In this document: positions 62,036-64,000 of the stretch, piece by piece
Position numbering within the stretch: the first letter of the stretch is position 1
How the letters are laid out: each line of letters starts with the position of its first letter
DNA from: Macrostomum hystrix
Lineage: Eukaryota > Animalia > Platyhelminthes
Length of the DNA stretch: 64,000 nucleotides
Reading direction: 5' to 3'
NCBI GenBank assembly: GCA_950097015.1
Contig: CATNEN010000034.1
Location: forward strand, 6,324,001-6,388,000
Made by a program: the position numbers and the translations under genes
The notes under the pieces: generated by a model
The model's input: the letters and a program-made list of their open reading frames with translations, nothing else
Told to the model about the DNA's origin: nothing
The model's database searches: none

Positions 62036-62391
62036 ATCATTTATAATATTATGCGCCAATTCAAATTAAATTAATTTAACACAGCAAACTAGGAGATTGT
62101 TAGTTTTACAATTGCGACTCGCTGTCCAATTTGGACTTACTATTGGCGAAGAGTATATTTTAAGTCAACCATATGTTTCAAAAAGATTTCGGTTGACTTT
62201 CAGGGTGGATGCTGTCTCCTGTAAAAGGACTGGCTACTCAAACGCTTAACCGAGAGAAGGCCTAAATCATGTTTGCCTTTATTTTGTACTTATGGCAAAT
62301 TCATATGCACTGTGACTAGGCGTCTTCGACACAGTCGGTACAACACAGGCTGCTCAGTAACGCTTGCCATGCATTTAGTTCTACTGCCATT

Positions 62392-63279
62392 TTAGTAGTA
62401 GCCTCTCTTGCTAGCGGAGTCTTTGTAGTTCCACATGCCAGGCCAGTAGTAGCCTCTCTTGCTAGCGGAGTCTTTGTAGTTCCATATGCCAGGCCAGTAG
62501 TAGCCTCTCTTGCTAGCGGAGTGTTTGAAGTTCCACATGCCACGCCAGTAGTAGCCTCTCTTGCTAGCGGAGTGTTTGTAGTTCCACATGCCAGGCCAAT
62601 AGTAGCTTCTCTTGCTAGCGGAGTCTTTGTAGTTCCACATTCCAGGCCAGTTGTAGCCTCTCTTGTCAGCTTTGTAGTTCCACATGCCAGGCCAGTAGTA
62701 GCCTCTCTTGCTAGCGGAGTGTTCGAAGTTCCACATGCCAGGCCAATAGTAGCCCCTCTTGCCAGCGGAGTCTTTGTAGTTCCATATGCCAGGCCAGTAG
62801 TAGCCTCTCTTGCTAGCGGAGTCTTTGTAGTTCCACATGCCAGGCCAGTAGTAGCCTCTCTTGCTAGCGGAGTGTTTGAAGTTCCACATTCCAGGCCAGT
62901 AGTAGCCTCTCTTGTCAGCTTTGTAGTTCCACATGCCAGGCCAGTAGTAGCCTCTCTTGCTAGCGGAGTGTTCGAAGTTCCACGTGCCAGGCCAGTAGTA
63001 GCCTCTCTTGCTAGCGGAGTCTTTGTAGTTCCACATGCCAGGCCAATAGTAGCCTCTCTTGCTAGCGGAGTGTTTGTAGTTCCACATGCCAGGCCAATAG
63101 TAGCCTCTCTTGTCAGTACTAAAAGTCTCTTCATTGCCATCTACATGTTCCACTGCAGCTAAGATCAGCAAAGTTGAGAAGAGAGCCAAGCAATGCGGTA
63201 AGCTGGAACGGATGTTGGCTGAGATAAAGTTTTGAAATGAGGTTGCCTTTGCACAACTGCGCTCGAAATCGATTGCCAT
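62392..63279 (-). CDS. Secreted prohormone/neuropeptide-like precursor: signal peptide, acidic spacer, 14 KR-flanked GYYWPGMWNY-type peptides
   Basis: Hydrophobic LPHCLALFSTLLILAAVEHVDG then NEETFSTD-KR. Every unit bounded by KR. Unit lengths 51 and 45 nt keep the frame. Stop after a terminal GYY; AATAAA at 62278-83. Start is either ATG 63279 or a mini-exon 63533-63521 (ATGTCCTTATCAG|gtaggg) spliced to 63218. Confidence 0.8.
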   Translation of the reverse strand: MAIDFERSCAKATSFQNFISANIRSSLPHCLALFSTLLILAAVEHVDGNEETFSTDKRGYYWPGMWNYKHSASKRGYYWPGMWNYKDSASKRGYYWPGTWNFEHSASKRGYYWPGMWNYKADKRGYYWPGMWNFKHSASKRGYYWPGMWNYKDSASKRGYYWPGIWNYKDSAGKRGYYWPGMWNFEHSASKRGYYWPGMWNYKADKRGYNWPGMWNYKDSASKRSYYWPGMWNYKHSASKRGYYWRGMWNFKHSASKRGYYWPGIWNYKDSASKRGYYWPGMWNYKDSASKRGYY

Positions 63280-63689
63280 CCTAACTACGCTCGTGCTACC
63301 AGGTCGCTCATAAGAAACGATTCTGCCTATTAAACTTCTTAAAGAAATGGCAGTCCATTGCTTGACAGTTTGACGCGGTCGATAGAATTATTGATTGCCT
63401 TCGCTGATGGGGTCCCGACTCTACATATAGTGTTCCTGAATACAGCAGTCTCCACCTAAGGTTCACCTGGGGTATCACCTTTCCCTGAAAACACAGCTGT
63501 CAGTTTACACTGGGCCCTACCTGATAAGGACATTGCACAATGTTAAGTATGAAAAGTATGAAATGGTTAAGGTTACAAGAAACTTGCCTTCTCAGTCGCA
63601 GCATTTCCAATACTGAGCAGTTTGGAAAGACTGATCAGCTAGACTCGTCAAAGTTTATTGCTTCTTGTCGAACTGTTCGTAGACCGAAT

Positions 63690-63860
63690 TTGAGCAGTCT
63701 CTTGAAACGACTTAAGCAGAATTTATACATATCATGGGAGGCATGTAGATGCGGCATCTTTCGGCTCCCGTATGCAGTCTCTGCCGTGAGACTCGCTAAA
63801 GGCTGCGGCCAATCAGAAATCGTCGTCATTGACAGTCTAATTGATTGGTGCGTGGATGGT
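63690..63860 (-). promoter_or_regulatory. Candidate Pol II promoter of the peptide precursor (TATA-like and CCAAT-like boxes)
   Basis: Minus strand has GTATAAAT at ~63728-63721 and CCAAT/ATTGG motifs at ~63805-63850, upstream of both possible start codons. Confidence 0.3.
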
Positions 63861-63912
63861 CTCAGAGTGCTTCGAGTCGGAAATGGCTGCCTGCAAACCA
63901 GACACTAGATCT

Positions 63913-64000
63913 AAGTTCCCTGAGCTCGATTCCGCAGCGAGGCCACATTAATTTGGGGCCGCATGTACATAGCCTGTGTGAGTCTGTGCTCAGGAGTCAG
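63913..64000 (+). mobile_element. tRNA-headed SINE, partial copy 3 (runs off the window)
   Basis: CCCTGAGCTCGATTCCGC(A)GCGAGGCCACATT and TGTGCTCAGGAGTCAG match the sense strand of 22877-23183, with an internal deletion. Confidence 0.65.

Noticed and set aside
62316-63162. Alternative frames of the peptide repeat (REATTGLACGTT, VVASLASGVF)
   Set aside because: Only the GYYWPG frame has a signal peptide and invariant dibasic sites. The REATT frame starts after the signal-coding region, and the plus-strand frame has no comparable features.

Overview
Eukaryotic (metazoan) genomic DNA with GC-rich exons, AT-rich spacers and a different minisatellite in most introns. This texture and the gene content suggest a free-living flatworm such as Macrostomum (inference, not proven). 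Host genes, left to right: a FERM-domain gene (minus; exons 10278-4102, downstream part unresolved), an F-box/LRR gene, a small Cys-rich two-TM protein gene, a cGAS-like/Mab-21 nucleotidyltransferase-fold gene with a degenerate active site (minus), a stand-alone CNPase-type 2H phosphodiesterase directly upstream of it (minus), mind bomb 1, an intronless divergent RPL35, an hnRNP-C/RALY-type RRM gene apparently fused to BCL11-like zinc fingers, and a secreted prohormone-like precursor with 14 KR-flanked GYYWPGMWNY-type peptides (minus). Mobile DNA: a full-length 6.1-kb LOA/R1-group non-LTR retrotransposon with a 13-bp TSD, an intact DD34D mariner, a deleted second mariner, an RTE-like fragment, an 8-bp-TSD MITE, a tRNA-headed SINE family and a possible tyrosine-recombinase remnant. 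Several conserved ORFs carry isolated 1-nt indels that look more like long-read assembly errors than decay. Best leads: the multi-copy W-x3-W peptide precursor, the pseudo-cGLR plus 2H phosphodiesterase tandem, the RRM-BCL11-finger fusion, and a candidate trans-spliced operon (mib1-RPL35-RRM gene). All homology calls are by-eye motif recognition; no searches were run.
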